The notes beneath the pieces are model-generated. The model was not told the origin of the DNA. It ran no database searches and saw only the letters and a list, made by a program, of their open reading frames with translations. The position numbers and the translations under genes are program-made. DNA of 64,000 bases from Nymphaea colorata (lineage: Eukaryota). This document shows positions 1 to 10,410 of the stretch, in pieces. The stretch is from contig NC_045138.2 of the NCBI RefSeq assembly GCF_008831285.2, positions 11,284,001-11,348,000 on the forward strand. The letters are read 5' to 3'. Position 1 is the first letter of the stretch. Every line of letters starts with the position of its first letter.

Positions 1-2919
1 ATCACCCCAAAAATAGGCAGACATGTGAGAATGTAACATGAGGGTACGAGCTACGTTTAGGAGTTGCCGATGTTTGCGTTCGGCTACACCATTCTGTTGG
101 GATGTATGTGGACAAGTATATTGAGGTCGAATTCCATGGTCGGCATAAAACTGAAGTAGAATGGAAGACTTGAATTCAAGAGCATTATCAGTGTGAATAT
201 TTTTGACAATGAGTCCAATCTGAGTTTTTATTTCCTTGATAAATTTTTGAAGAATACATATGACTTCAGATCTTTCCCTTAACAAGAAAACCCAACTGAC
301 TCTAGTAAAATCATCAACTAGAACAAGATAATATCGAAAACATGATCGAAAAGGAACCCGACTAGGACCCCATACATCCACATGAATGAGATTAAAAGGA
401 CTCTGACTCGACGGACTCTGACTCGAAGGAAAGCTGCTCCATGTATGCTTGCCCAACTGGCAGGCATCACATAAGAAGGACTCTGATGCAGGAATATCTG
501 GAAACATGCGATGAAGTTTTGGTACTGAAGGATGACCCAGTCTGAGATGCCATTGGAAGGGAGAAGGCTTGGAAGGGACTGAAGATGCAGCAACATCAAC
601 TGGGATTGACAAAAAATAAAGGCCCTCATGCTCATGGCCGCCACCAATCATCTTCCTAGTTGGTAAGTCCTGAAAAGAACAAGAGTCAGATTCAAAAATG
701 ACTTTACATTGTAAGTCAATAGCTAGCTGTTTCACAGATATCAAATTAACAGGAAACTGAGGAGCATATAGCACATGAGTAATAGTGCCTAAACATGGAA
801 GGTAAATATCCCCGCTACCCAAAACAGGGGACAACTTGCCATCAGCCAGCTTAACATGTTGTGGTGTAGAAAATCTGACAAATGATGAAAAATTTTGTGG
901 TTGATTACAACAATGTCTAGAAGCGCCCGAGTCTATCATCCATGTCATACCTGGATCAGCAGTAGGAGCACCAACAGAGAATGCTGAATCTACAACAGCG
1001 GCATTGGTAGATGTAGAGGTAGATGTAGAGGCAGACCTCTGAGCAAGAACACGATCATATTCATCCTTACTTAGGTTAAGAGAATATGACATAGATATAG
1101 AAGGATCAGTAGAAGACTCAACCATAGATATTGTTGCCTTTGAATGAGCTGCATGGGATGAAGAAGGACCTCTACTTGTGGTGATTCTACCTCCACCACG
1201 TCCAGAGGAAACATTAGACCTGAGGTGAGGATGTTTGTCCCAACAACGATCCTCTAGATGACCAATTTTGCCACAATAAGAGCACTGAAATCTGCCACGT
1301 CCAGCACCACGGCCTGTACCACGTCCCCTAGTGCCTCCAAAAGAACTAGGGCCCCGTCCTCCTGATATCACAAGTGCAGAGACTGGTGTGTCATGCGTAG
1401 TCTGAGAAAGAGTGGCTGCAAAATGACTCAGCCTATTATACGTGTCTGCTAAATCTGGAAGTTCACTGCCTGTTAGAATTTGAGACTTTACCACAGAGTA
1501 TTTTGAAGATAGGCCAGATAAAAACTTCGCCACCATACCAGTCTCAACGTGTGATGCATAACAATGCTGGCAAGGTGGATGAAGAGCCTTTAACCGTTTA
1601 TATGCAGCAGTCAAAGTAGCAAAATATTGGGATAGGTCCTGATCCCCTTGTCGAATGTTACATAACTCCTCTTCTAGTTGTAGGATTTTGATTACATTAG
1701 TGGCATGCGAGTATGTCTTTCTCAAGAAATACCACATATCCTTGGCCTTGGTATAATATGCAATAGTTGGGGCTATATGAGACTCCACACTATTCATAAT
1801 CCAAGACATAACAATATAATTATCTTCATCCCACGCAACATATATTCTTTTTTTCTCAATAGGTTCATCCTCCTCAAGAATATATTTCTTCCTATGACCA
1901 GCCACTGACATTATGAATACCCTAGACCATATTTCATAATTTGAGCCATTAAGTTTCATCGTGGTTCCATAAGAGAATGAATTCCCAACCATCTTGTAGT
2001 CAGTAGACCCTTCAGATTTACTGTTTTCAGCCATAGTAAATAAAGAAGACTAGATTGACGCAAACGTTTAAAGAAAGAGGGCTAGGAAATTACTGTCACT
2101 TCAGATCTGGTTCAGCCGATGACAAAAAAAAAACAAGAATGAACTCCCAACGACTGAAGGCTGCTGCCACATATAACAGCAGCTAGTTCTCATAAAACTT
2201 CCTATCCACGTGTCAAAGAAATCCACAAAATCAAACAAAAACTTGTACTAAGGATCAGCAGCAGTCCTCACACAGCCTTACTTTACTGAATTTGTATCCA
2301 CGATCTATAGAAAAATTCTGATCATATTCAAAAAACTGAATTTATAAGCAGCATATAGACTCCACAAAGCATCCACAACACCTCACGCAGCCTGACTTTC
2401 CCGAAATTGTATTTACGATCATCACAAACCACAACGTCACACGTCATGCTACATCCACAATAGTCTGCTTCATACGACCAATATGAGGATCTGATCACGC
2501 CTTCCACATAGGCGTGATCAGGTCCTCCTTCACACGGCACGCCCAACCCCTATTCCCTCACTGTCTCCTTATTGGGTGATAAGAGGGAATAAGGAGTAGC
2601 GATGACAAGAGAGAGGACGAAAAAGAAAGGAACTCACTTGCCTGTTCGCCGGAAAGATTGTCGCCGGAGAAGATGGTCGCCGGAGAAGGTCACCGGAAAG
2701 CGCACACTGCCGTCGACGCCCAAACCCGCTCTGATACCATGTTGCGAGAGAGAGAGAGAGGCGGCAAAACGTTGAAGTTCATTACGTGACCCTAATCTCT
2801 ATTAAGAGATTAGGGTTAGGGAAAATTACAAGAGAAGTCCACTAAAAATAACAAAACATTTAAAGAGATCCTCCCTAACTTCCTAATATTTCAGAAAACC
2901 TATTTTTGTATCTTTAACA
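1..2919 (-). mobile_element. Ty1/copia LTR retrotransposon, 5' half (5' LTR, PBS, gag, protease, start of integrase), degenerate; continues beyond window start
   Basis: LTR 2740-2919 (TG...CA, 180 bp). tRNA-iMet PBS TGGTATCAGAGCG at 2727-2739. gag from ATG ~2035 reads MAENSKSE...KLNGSNYEIWSR. CCHC knuckle CSYCGKIGHLEDRCW at ~1245-1290, protease WMIDSGAS at ~915-945, and HVDVWGP/VDDF integrase start at ~300-385. Frameshifts present. Confidence 0.9.
2740..2919 (-). repeat. 5' LTR of copia element
   Basis: Bounded by TGTTG...TAACA and adjacent to the PBS. Similar layout to the LTR at 49206-49434 (GA tract, ACCCTAATCTCT...AGAGATTAGGGT hairpin). Confidence 0.85.
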
Positions 2920-3242
2920 AGATGAAAATAAAGTTAACACTATGTTGGCATCTATAACATATATACTACTAATATATTATAGAATATACATATACAACAT
3001 ATAATATACTTTTCTTCCTGCTCACAGGACACATAAGTACATGATACATGATACATTCATACCTACATATAGTACATATACATATGTGTGTGTGTGTTAA
3101 TACACACACACATGTTTCAGTCACTTCTGGCGAATGCATATCCCTGTGTGTATATGCAAATGGCACTGTAGACTAGTTCAGAAAACGCAGGTGCAGTCAA
3201 TTGATTACATGCAATGCAGTCTGTAGATATCAAGTCAATAAC

Positions 3243-3545
3243 TTCAATGAGGTTGCTGAGAAGAGGTTCCAAAAGTTTATTTTCTGCCATGATCTTGCTA
3301 TTTTTTGGACACTTCACCAAGTTGTTTAGGGTCATGTTTGCTTTTTCAGCTACCATTTAATCAGTAGTATTGCATTTTATTGTAATCAAAAGTAGAATGG
3401 CACCATGTCTGGGACCAATTTTCTCACATAAAGATAAACAGTTCTTTGATAGCTATAGCAACAATGACACTGCTGCAAGCCATTCCCCTGGACTTGACAT
3501 GAGTCTTCCTGCTAATCAGATTGCATGTGCTTGAGAAATCAATTC
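3243..3545 (-). pseudogene. Isolated exon of a PUB42/43/44-like U-box/ARM-repeat E3 ligase, with 3 stops
   Basis: After TTGCAG acceptor reads ELISQAHAI*LAGRLMSSPGEWLAAVSLLL*LSKNCLSLCEKIGPRHGAILLLITIKCNTTD*MVAEKANMTLNNLVKCPKNSKIMAENKLLEPLLSNLIE. This matches the ARM segment LLELSK..CEKIG...GAILML...NLEKCP.N.K.MAE.GLLEPLL..L.EG recalled for plant PUB42-44. Stops at 3516-3518, 3453-3455, 3357-3359. Confidence 0.75.
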
Positions 3546-3911
3546 CTGCAACATGAAGAAAGTTATTGTGAGCAAGCAAAAATGTTAGCAAGCATTACGC
3601 CTTTCAACAATTGAAGATGAAAGGTTACCAACAGAGATGTTAGCAAGCATTACAAATCTTATGGCATTATCTCTCTTCTCTCTGTTTGTTTTGGTCATAT
3701 CTTGAGATTTTACTATGAGAAAGAGAAGCATGGTTTAGATAATACATAACAGCACTTTGAAAAAGTAATATAATGAGAAAGTTCTTTTGTACAACAACCT
3801 TTTCAACTTCTACTTGAGCAGGAGTGCACGAACTGATGGTGGAATCCATGTCTGCCCATTTTCAATGATGATCTTATTTCTCACCTGACCTTGTGTCTCC
3901 TTAAAGAAGAC

Positions 3912-4113
3912 TAGGGGTGAACACGAGTCGAGTCGAGCCCGAGTTCAGTCAGCTCGAACTCGGCTCGACTAAAGGAAACCTCGAGCTCGACTCAACAATC
4001 CCATGTTGAGCTCGAGCTCGACTTGAGTAACGCTTGACAAACTCGTTTGATACTCACCGTTACTTGTTGATCTCGAGCTCGACTCGATTAAGGCTCGACA
4101 AACTCGTTTGAGT
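3912..4113. mobile_element. One end of a hAT-type non-autonomous element/MITE (TAGGGGTG terminus, CTCGA/GAGCTC subterminal repeats)
   Basis: TAGGGGTGAACACGAG followed by dense CTCGAG/CTCGAC repeats. Same motif style as 35477-36901. No matching right terminus found. Confidence 0.55.
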
Positions 4114-4480
4114 AACTATATAGTCTATATTATGTCATCATGGCAGGGATTCATTTTTTTCCTTTCTTAATCTTCTACTTTTGCTAATCACGTTATGTTA
4201 TGGATATGTTATATTCTTGAAGATGCTACTTTGTATCCTTTGCAAAGTGGAGCTCACCAGTCACCGGATACAGTGGTGGAAAGAATAATGACATCATGCA
4301 GGCCCCGGATTTCTTTTCAAGTTTCCAATGTAATTTCTCTGTCAAGGGATTCGTAATCAGAATCAAATTGGAGTGTTCTTGTGACATAGCCTCCTCACCA
4401 GGTGAAAAAAAGATCAAGAAACAACAAGACCAAAGCCAAATTAAAAAATTAAGTACAAAAAGTAGCAGCAGAAAACTCAC

Positions 4481-4881
4481 TTCTGCACTAAGCAAATAAA
4501 ATTGTACTGCTGAGTGTCCAAATGGATCAATCTGCCAACCAATTCTAGGTGTCTTGCCAAACTCTTCCTTTATAAACCCATGACCTAGAGTCGTCTGTTC
4601 AATCATATCGTTGTAATGGGGCGCAGCTTCGTCATGCATACACATACCACCATTTCTACAATGTCAAAAGGCAGGTCGGTCCATTAATTCCAGAACCACC
4701 ATCCATAGTTGAACATCACAGGAAAAGGTGAAGCAAGAACACCTAATTGAAAACATCGTTTCAACAGATTGGAAAAATCAAATTATTCGTACATAAATTC
4801 AAGCTGTCCGGAGTCAACTAGTTCTTTCACAATTTTCTGTACCATAGGGCTCTAATTTCTCCACCATCGCTGAAAAAATGC
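4481..4881 (-). pseudogene. Two exons of a GH38 (vacuolar/lysosomal-type) alpha-mannosidase, disabled
   Basis: Exon 4793-4881 AFFQRWWRN*SPMVQKIVKELVDSGQLEFI (TAG at 4852-4854; upstream acceptor is TG, not AG). GT-AG intron 4656-4792. Exon 4481-4655 NGGMCMHDEAAPHYNDMIEQTTLGHGFIKEEFGKTPRIGWQIDPFGHSAVQFYLLSAE contains the GH38 nucleophile motif WQIDPFGH. No other exons of this gene are recognisable. Confidence 0.88.
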
Positions 4882-6230
4882 CAGCGCCGCTCAAATAAGT
4901 CAGTTTCAAGCAATGCTTGTTGCCCAGCCTCGAATGCCTATCCGCTTTAATGTTTAGCTAAACACCTAAACAGAAGCAACAAAAGTATCCCAAACGAGGG
5001 TGAAAAGGAGACAGATACAGGGAAACTCCATTACCTACTAGCAATAATGAAGCATCACAGGGATGTCATGCCATGATTAGCTCATGTGTCTAAACTGTCA
5101 TCACAAAGAAATTGAATAAGGTCACCTGTAGGCAGGCTGACAGAGAGAGAGAGAGAGAGAGAACTACATACATGCACGCACTCAGAAGCTCTTCACACAG
5201 TCATGAATATTGGACATCAAAGCAAACAAGGGAAAAACGAACGTGTAACTAGACAAAGTTAACTTACATAAAAGAGATGAAGACTATTTTCAAACTGCCT
5301 ATCCAACATTCCAGTCTTCAAGACAAACAGAATAAATAATTATGGTGCCATCAGTCAAATTAACTACATCATTTTTAGGCATAAACATTAAAGAAGGGAA
5401 AAGGTCCATTGTATACACCAGCATCCACACGCAGCATAAGCAGAAGAAAAGTGAAGCTCTTAGCAATACCACCTAAACCTACATTGCATCATGCATGTGA
5501 TGATAAACACTTCCCATGAGCTAATCCACAATGAAAAATTGACAATTTATGGCTTCGTGTTAAAAAATATTGTTTAATACAAAAAAAGTATGAAAAAAAA
5601 TAAACAATAAAATCAACATCAACTTCCAAAAAGCATTAAGAGTAATAAGTACCTTTTGATCATCTACACTTTCAACCATGTCAAGATTAGGGACAGATGC
5701 TGCGAAAAATGGATAAATACAGTGAGACGAACTAAAAACTGTCTTCTATTATATACACAAAAAATGTAATACACAAACATGATCCACTTAGCTTAATTGA
5801 TATGAGATTAATCAAGTAAGAAGTTGACATAACGAGGAGCCATAAGCCTTTACGTAGAGAAATGCTCAAATTATGAAGAGGTACAAAAGCCACGTACATA
5901 ACCATACATGCTTTGACAATGGAATGACCATTTAGGAATACGATATAGTTGTTTTAGTTATCCAGTACAAAGTAACAGATGAAAATGTTTCTGTCATTAG
6001 TCATTTCCTGATGCAATACCAAGCCTTCAATTTGCAGTGATTAGCACATTTAAACTTGGATTACACAAGCAAATGACATGAGGAACAATCTCTCTGGACG
6101 TTGTAAAGGGCTATAACATGTATCAAGTTTTCAAAAGTAGCAGATGAAGCATAAATACAGATTGCATACAAAGATCCAACAGTGACAGTAATTGTGAAAG
6201 CACAATAGTAGGAAATTACAGGAGGCTAAA

Positions 6231-8355
6231 TAATGCAAGAAGAATTAAGATTAACAAATCTTAATCCAACTGCACTCACTATTAAACTGAAACTAACTAA
6301 AACTCAAAAAAACTCAAGCAAAGATCAAACAAACAAGAAGAACAAAAGAAAACTAACAAACAACTGGCATTTCTTTCAACTGATTGATTCCCCTACAACA
6401 TGATCCAACGCCCCTTTATATAGAGAAAGGGATGGACTGCAGATCTGGATCCATTTACAAATACTAAAAATTCTAATTGGATCCAATTACAAAATTTGGT
6501 TATGCTTTCATCTTGCATCAAACTCTCCTAGTTGGAGAAAAGTCATCCTCGACGAGTTTAAATCTTTCATTCTGCCAAAATGCTTCTTCACCTTAGAGAG
6601 TTTGGACAAGGTTTGGATCTGTTGAACAAAAGGTCCCACTGTTCGCCTGCGTATGCTAAAGTGGTGGTATGCTCCCTATCTTCTGATGATGATCAAGGTG
6701 GCAGGTTCATGGCGGCTTTGGAGAAGGAACCCAAACTTGGATATAATCTATGGGCATCCCCAAATCAGATCCAGTCTCAAATGATGAAACAAATTGATTT
6801 TGATCCCGATTCAAACCCTTATACCTATGAATCAGGTGATATGGACCCGAATCAAGTCTCAAATGATGAAACAAACTGATTTTTATCCCGATTCAAACCC
6901 TTATACCCGTGAATCAGGTGATATGGACCCGAATCGGGTCCAAACTCTGATTCGGTTCGAACCAGTCCCATAAGGGACCGGCCCGAACCGTCGGGCCCTT
7001 TGAGATTTTTCTCGAAGCCCCTCGACACATTGGGGGTTTCTCCTTTTGCCTCAGGTGGAAAGGTGAAGCCGCCGCAAAAGGGAGGCTCGCCCACCGCCTC
7101 CCACCCATGATGATGGTGGGAGAATGACGACGGTGGGCGTCCGCCCATCAATCCACCTTCTTCTCCGGGCAGTAAGGTCACAGGCGGCGGTCGAACAGTT
7201 GGAGGCGCCTTTGAATCTCGCCCACCAGTTACAAAAGGAGCAAAATGGACTCCGTGGGTGCCGGCGGCACTCCCTGCACCACCACCGGCTGGTGATGTCC
7301 GTCACACCTCTCCTTGCCCACCCAAAGTGATGGGCAACCATGATGCTGTAGACGCTTCCTTAGCCGGACAAGGCATCCTTGTCCGTTCACCGGCGTGCAG
7401 ACCAGCAACGGTCGAATCCACGGCTGAACCCACCGCCTGTTGATGGGAGGAAGACACAGACGAATGCAAGGGAACTCTGGCAGGGAGCCTTGACGTTGGG
7501 TTTAGAATGCCAACTGGCAATGGTGCTTCAATAGGAAACCCTTCAACTGATACAAAGTCACGATCCCAGTTTTCCCCCAAAACCCCAACTCCTCTCGCAA
7601 GGTAATCCCGTGACCGTTCGCCTCCTTCAGCTCCCAATGCACCGATGTTGGGGACACGATTTGCAGCAGGAAATGCCTGGTGATTCTCGTCTTTATTCTG
7701 CACGTTCTGCAAAACCAAGCAAAGCATTCCTCTGATTTCATCAATATTTCTGGTTACGACAGCAAGATCTTGTCTCATGCGGGCGATTTCAAATCCGTGC
7801 TTTGCCACCGTCTGCTGTAAGTTTTCTTGATTTTCTTCTTAAGACTGCACCATTTCTGCAGGATTTCCTTCATTTAATTTGGATGCAAACTTAGCAAAGT
7901 CATTTTCTGTAGCAGCATAATCCTTTGCCCGTTCCATATCTTTTGCATCTTTTACAGCCATGCGCAGGGTAGGAACATGCAGGGTAGGAACGCACTGTAG
8001 GGACGACAGCAAGGTTTGTTGAACTTGGTCTCTCATGTTCGTAAAAACCTCGCTCTGATACCAATTAATGCAAGAAAAATTAAGATTAACGAATCTTAAT
8101 CCAACTGCATTCACTACTAAACTGAAACTAACTAAAACTCAAAAAAACTCAAGCAAAGACCAAACAAACAAGAAGAACATAAGAAAACTAACAAACAACT
8201 TGCATTTCTTTCAACTGATTGATTCCCCAACAACATGATCCAACGCCCCTTTATATAGAGAAAGGGATGGACTGCAGATCTGGATCCATTTACAAATACT
8301 AAAAATTCTAATTGGATCCAATTACAAAATTTGGTTATGCTTTCATCTTGCATCA
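6231..8355 (-). mobile_element. Complete non-autonomous LTR retroelement (2125 bp), CRM/Reina-like termini
   Basis: 290-bp LTRs at 6231-6520 and 8066-8355 (8 mismatches counted). PBS TGGTATCAGAGCG at 8051-8063. PPT-like TAGGAGAG at 6523-6530. TSD CTAAA/CCAAA. No RT/integrase motifs internally. Confidence 0.9.
7302..8036 (-). pseudogene. Internal ORF of the non-autonomous element (~244 codons, one in-frame TAA), possibly a truncated gag
   Basis: ATG 8036 just after the PBS. ORF-track entries 7839-8114 and 7302-7808 are in the same frame, separated only by TAA at 7839-7841. Confidence 0.5.
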
Positions 8356-10410
8356 CCAAAGCAGCAACATAAAACAGTAAAGTTAGCAATCAGCATACAT
8401 AGATGGCCTTATGAACAAGGGCACAAGGCAACAGCATGGAACAATATTCTAAATGTGATAACTGCATGGTATTCAATTCAATAAATATCACTTGTTTTCA
8501 CATGAAACAGCTGCAAACAAGAGCACCACGGTCCTAGCTTCCCAACATCTAGCAAAAACATGAAAAATGGCATGATAATTTCAGAATGTTTTCAACATAT
8601 AAAGAAAGCAACAATACTGCCATGGAACCTACTTAGCCATTATTAATTTCCGGATTACCGCTTAACCACTCACAATTTCCTCAGTATTTCGTTTCATGTA
8701 GTTCCTCAAACCTGTCTCCTACCATCTACAGCATCCCATAAACTGCAGCCATCAAAGGTAATATTAAGGCTTGACCACAAATGGGATTTTCAAAATGCCC
8801 CCAATGTTGTAGTGCTCCAAGTTAAGGATAGAGAAACAACCAGAAAAAAGTATCCAGCGTCCACAAACCTGTTTTCTAAGCAGCATCATAGTGTCCCCTG
8901 CCAATTTGTGCTAACAAGAAGAAGTAGTGTAAACATATGTATGCATATGCACTAATGTATTCCATGCATGTACAACTATGTTCCAAGTATTTATGTGGAA
9001 ATAGAGTCACCTTCTCACTCTCTCAAATAATGATGCACCAGGTAGACAGTAAGTACTCAAAAGCGCTAAGTCAGGGAAATGAAAAGTGCCGAGGTGAGCC
9101 AAAAAAACAGTAAATGAAAGAAAAGAAAACGAAGAAGAACTGGAAAGAGAGCAAAAAGAAAATAAAAAAAGAAAAAAATACAAAAAAGGTAAAAGTAGAA
9201 AAAGAAGAAAAGGGGAATAAATATTACAATCTTTGTTTTACTTAAGCGCATGAATGGCCCAGCCTAGTTTAGAAGGTCACTGCCAAGTGCCAACAGACTA
9301 CATACATTTTCTACTACATAGGCTAATCAAAGGTGCTAGTTTTGTTTGACAGGACTAGGCCCTTAATAGATTTTCTAACAGCAAAACACTGTTCACAAGA
9401 TGCAAAATTCTGTGGTAAGGAGAGAATAGAGGTTCTGGATGAGTGATAAATGAGAATTGCAACTACTTTTGAACCAAATCCTAATTATTAGGAGTTCTAG
9501 GACTTGTTGCACAAGGAGTCGTATCAATTCACATTTCTGTGTGAAGGAGAATCCAAGTTAAGCTTGTCAATTGTTCTTTGTCATGAAGCTTCCATGTTCT
9601 TCTAAGTTCCAGTGGATTCTCATGAATGTTTGATTACCCTTGCCTGTCCATGCCAAAACTAAATCTAGTTATCACTAGTGTTGGACTTTGTTGTGCAAAA
9701 ACATATACCTAATCCTGTCACCAAATCAAAAAACGTTCACTAAATTATTTTATGGTTGTTCTATGGGAATCAAATGCTGCACAGTAGAATGACATGTCCC
9801 TTAAATTCCAACTTAAGCAAATGCTGGACAGAGCATGTTCTCATCCAATATGCAAATGCTGGTTTTATCCACTGCTGTTCCAAGGGGAACAAATTAACCT
9901 TGCCTACGAATAAGCAGGACAGGGCTTCCTTGTTACTATTGTTCCAAAAACACAAACCACACAACTCATCACAATTTTGAACATCAAATAGAGAAAACCT
10001 GAGGCGTTTCCCATTTAAGCAACTGGTTAAGCACCTAGGTGTTAGATGTAATCCTAGGGAGACTGGGTAGTCAACTTTTGATTGCATAGCTAATGCCTTA
10101 CCAGTTAGGCTCTGAGGTGCTTATTGGCATTGTAAGCAACACCCTTTCCAAGCTCCTTGCAACTTCATCTTCTGTCCTCCCATTTATTAACAGAAGCTGT
10201 CATGTCATTTGATGTTTACTTCCATTTAAAAGCTTATACCAATTGTCCTAATTTCATCATCATTGGAAACTACAAATGGTAAGGAACTGAGAACATTAAT
10301 CATATTTTAAGAGTAAAATGTGAGAGAAGCAGGAAAAAGGAAAGAAATAAGACGTACATGTGCTTGCATTTTCTGAATTCATATTCTATTTTGTCTTCTG
10401 TCATCTTCAT

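Larger units (their letters stand above)
5035..10196 (-). pseudogene. Series of small canonical exons of an unidentified gene, probably disabled
   Basis: AG/GT-bounded segments at 10102-10196 (LLLINGRTEDEVARSLERVLLTMPISTSEPN), 9011-9065, 8869-8910, 8674-8742, 5653-5699, and possibly 5035-5125. Introns of 100 and 126 nt lie between the middle three. Every frame through 9065-8674 has at least one stop. Confidence 0.45.

Noticed and set aside
3083..3114. (TG)n/(CA)n hairpin as a Helitron 3' terminus
   Set aside because: Microsatellite-derived, not GC-rich, and no CTRR at the expected distance.
4226..4645. 139-aa ORF as a functional alpha-mannosidase
   Set aside because: Only 55 codons are homologous and the rest is intron read-through. 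The preceding exon has a stop and lacks an AG acceptor.
9899..9998. Extra exon FSLFDVQNCDELCGLCFWNNSNKEALSCLFVGK, in phase with 10102-10196
   Set aside because: The acceptor lacks a pyrimidine tract; insufficient support without transcript data.
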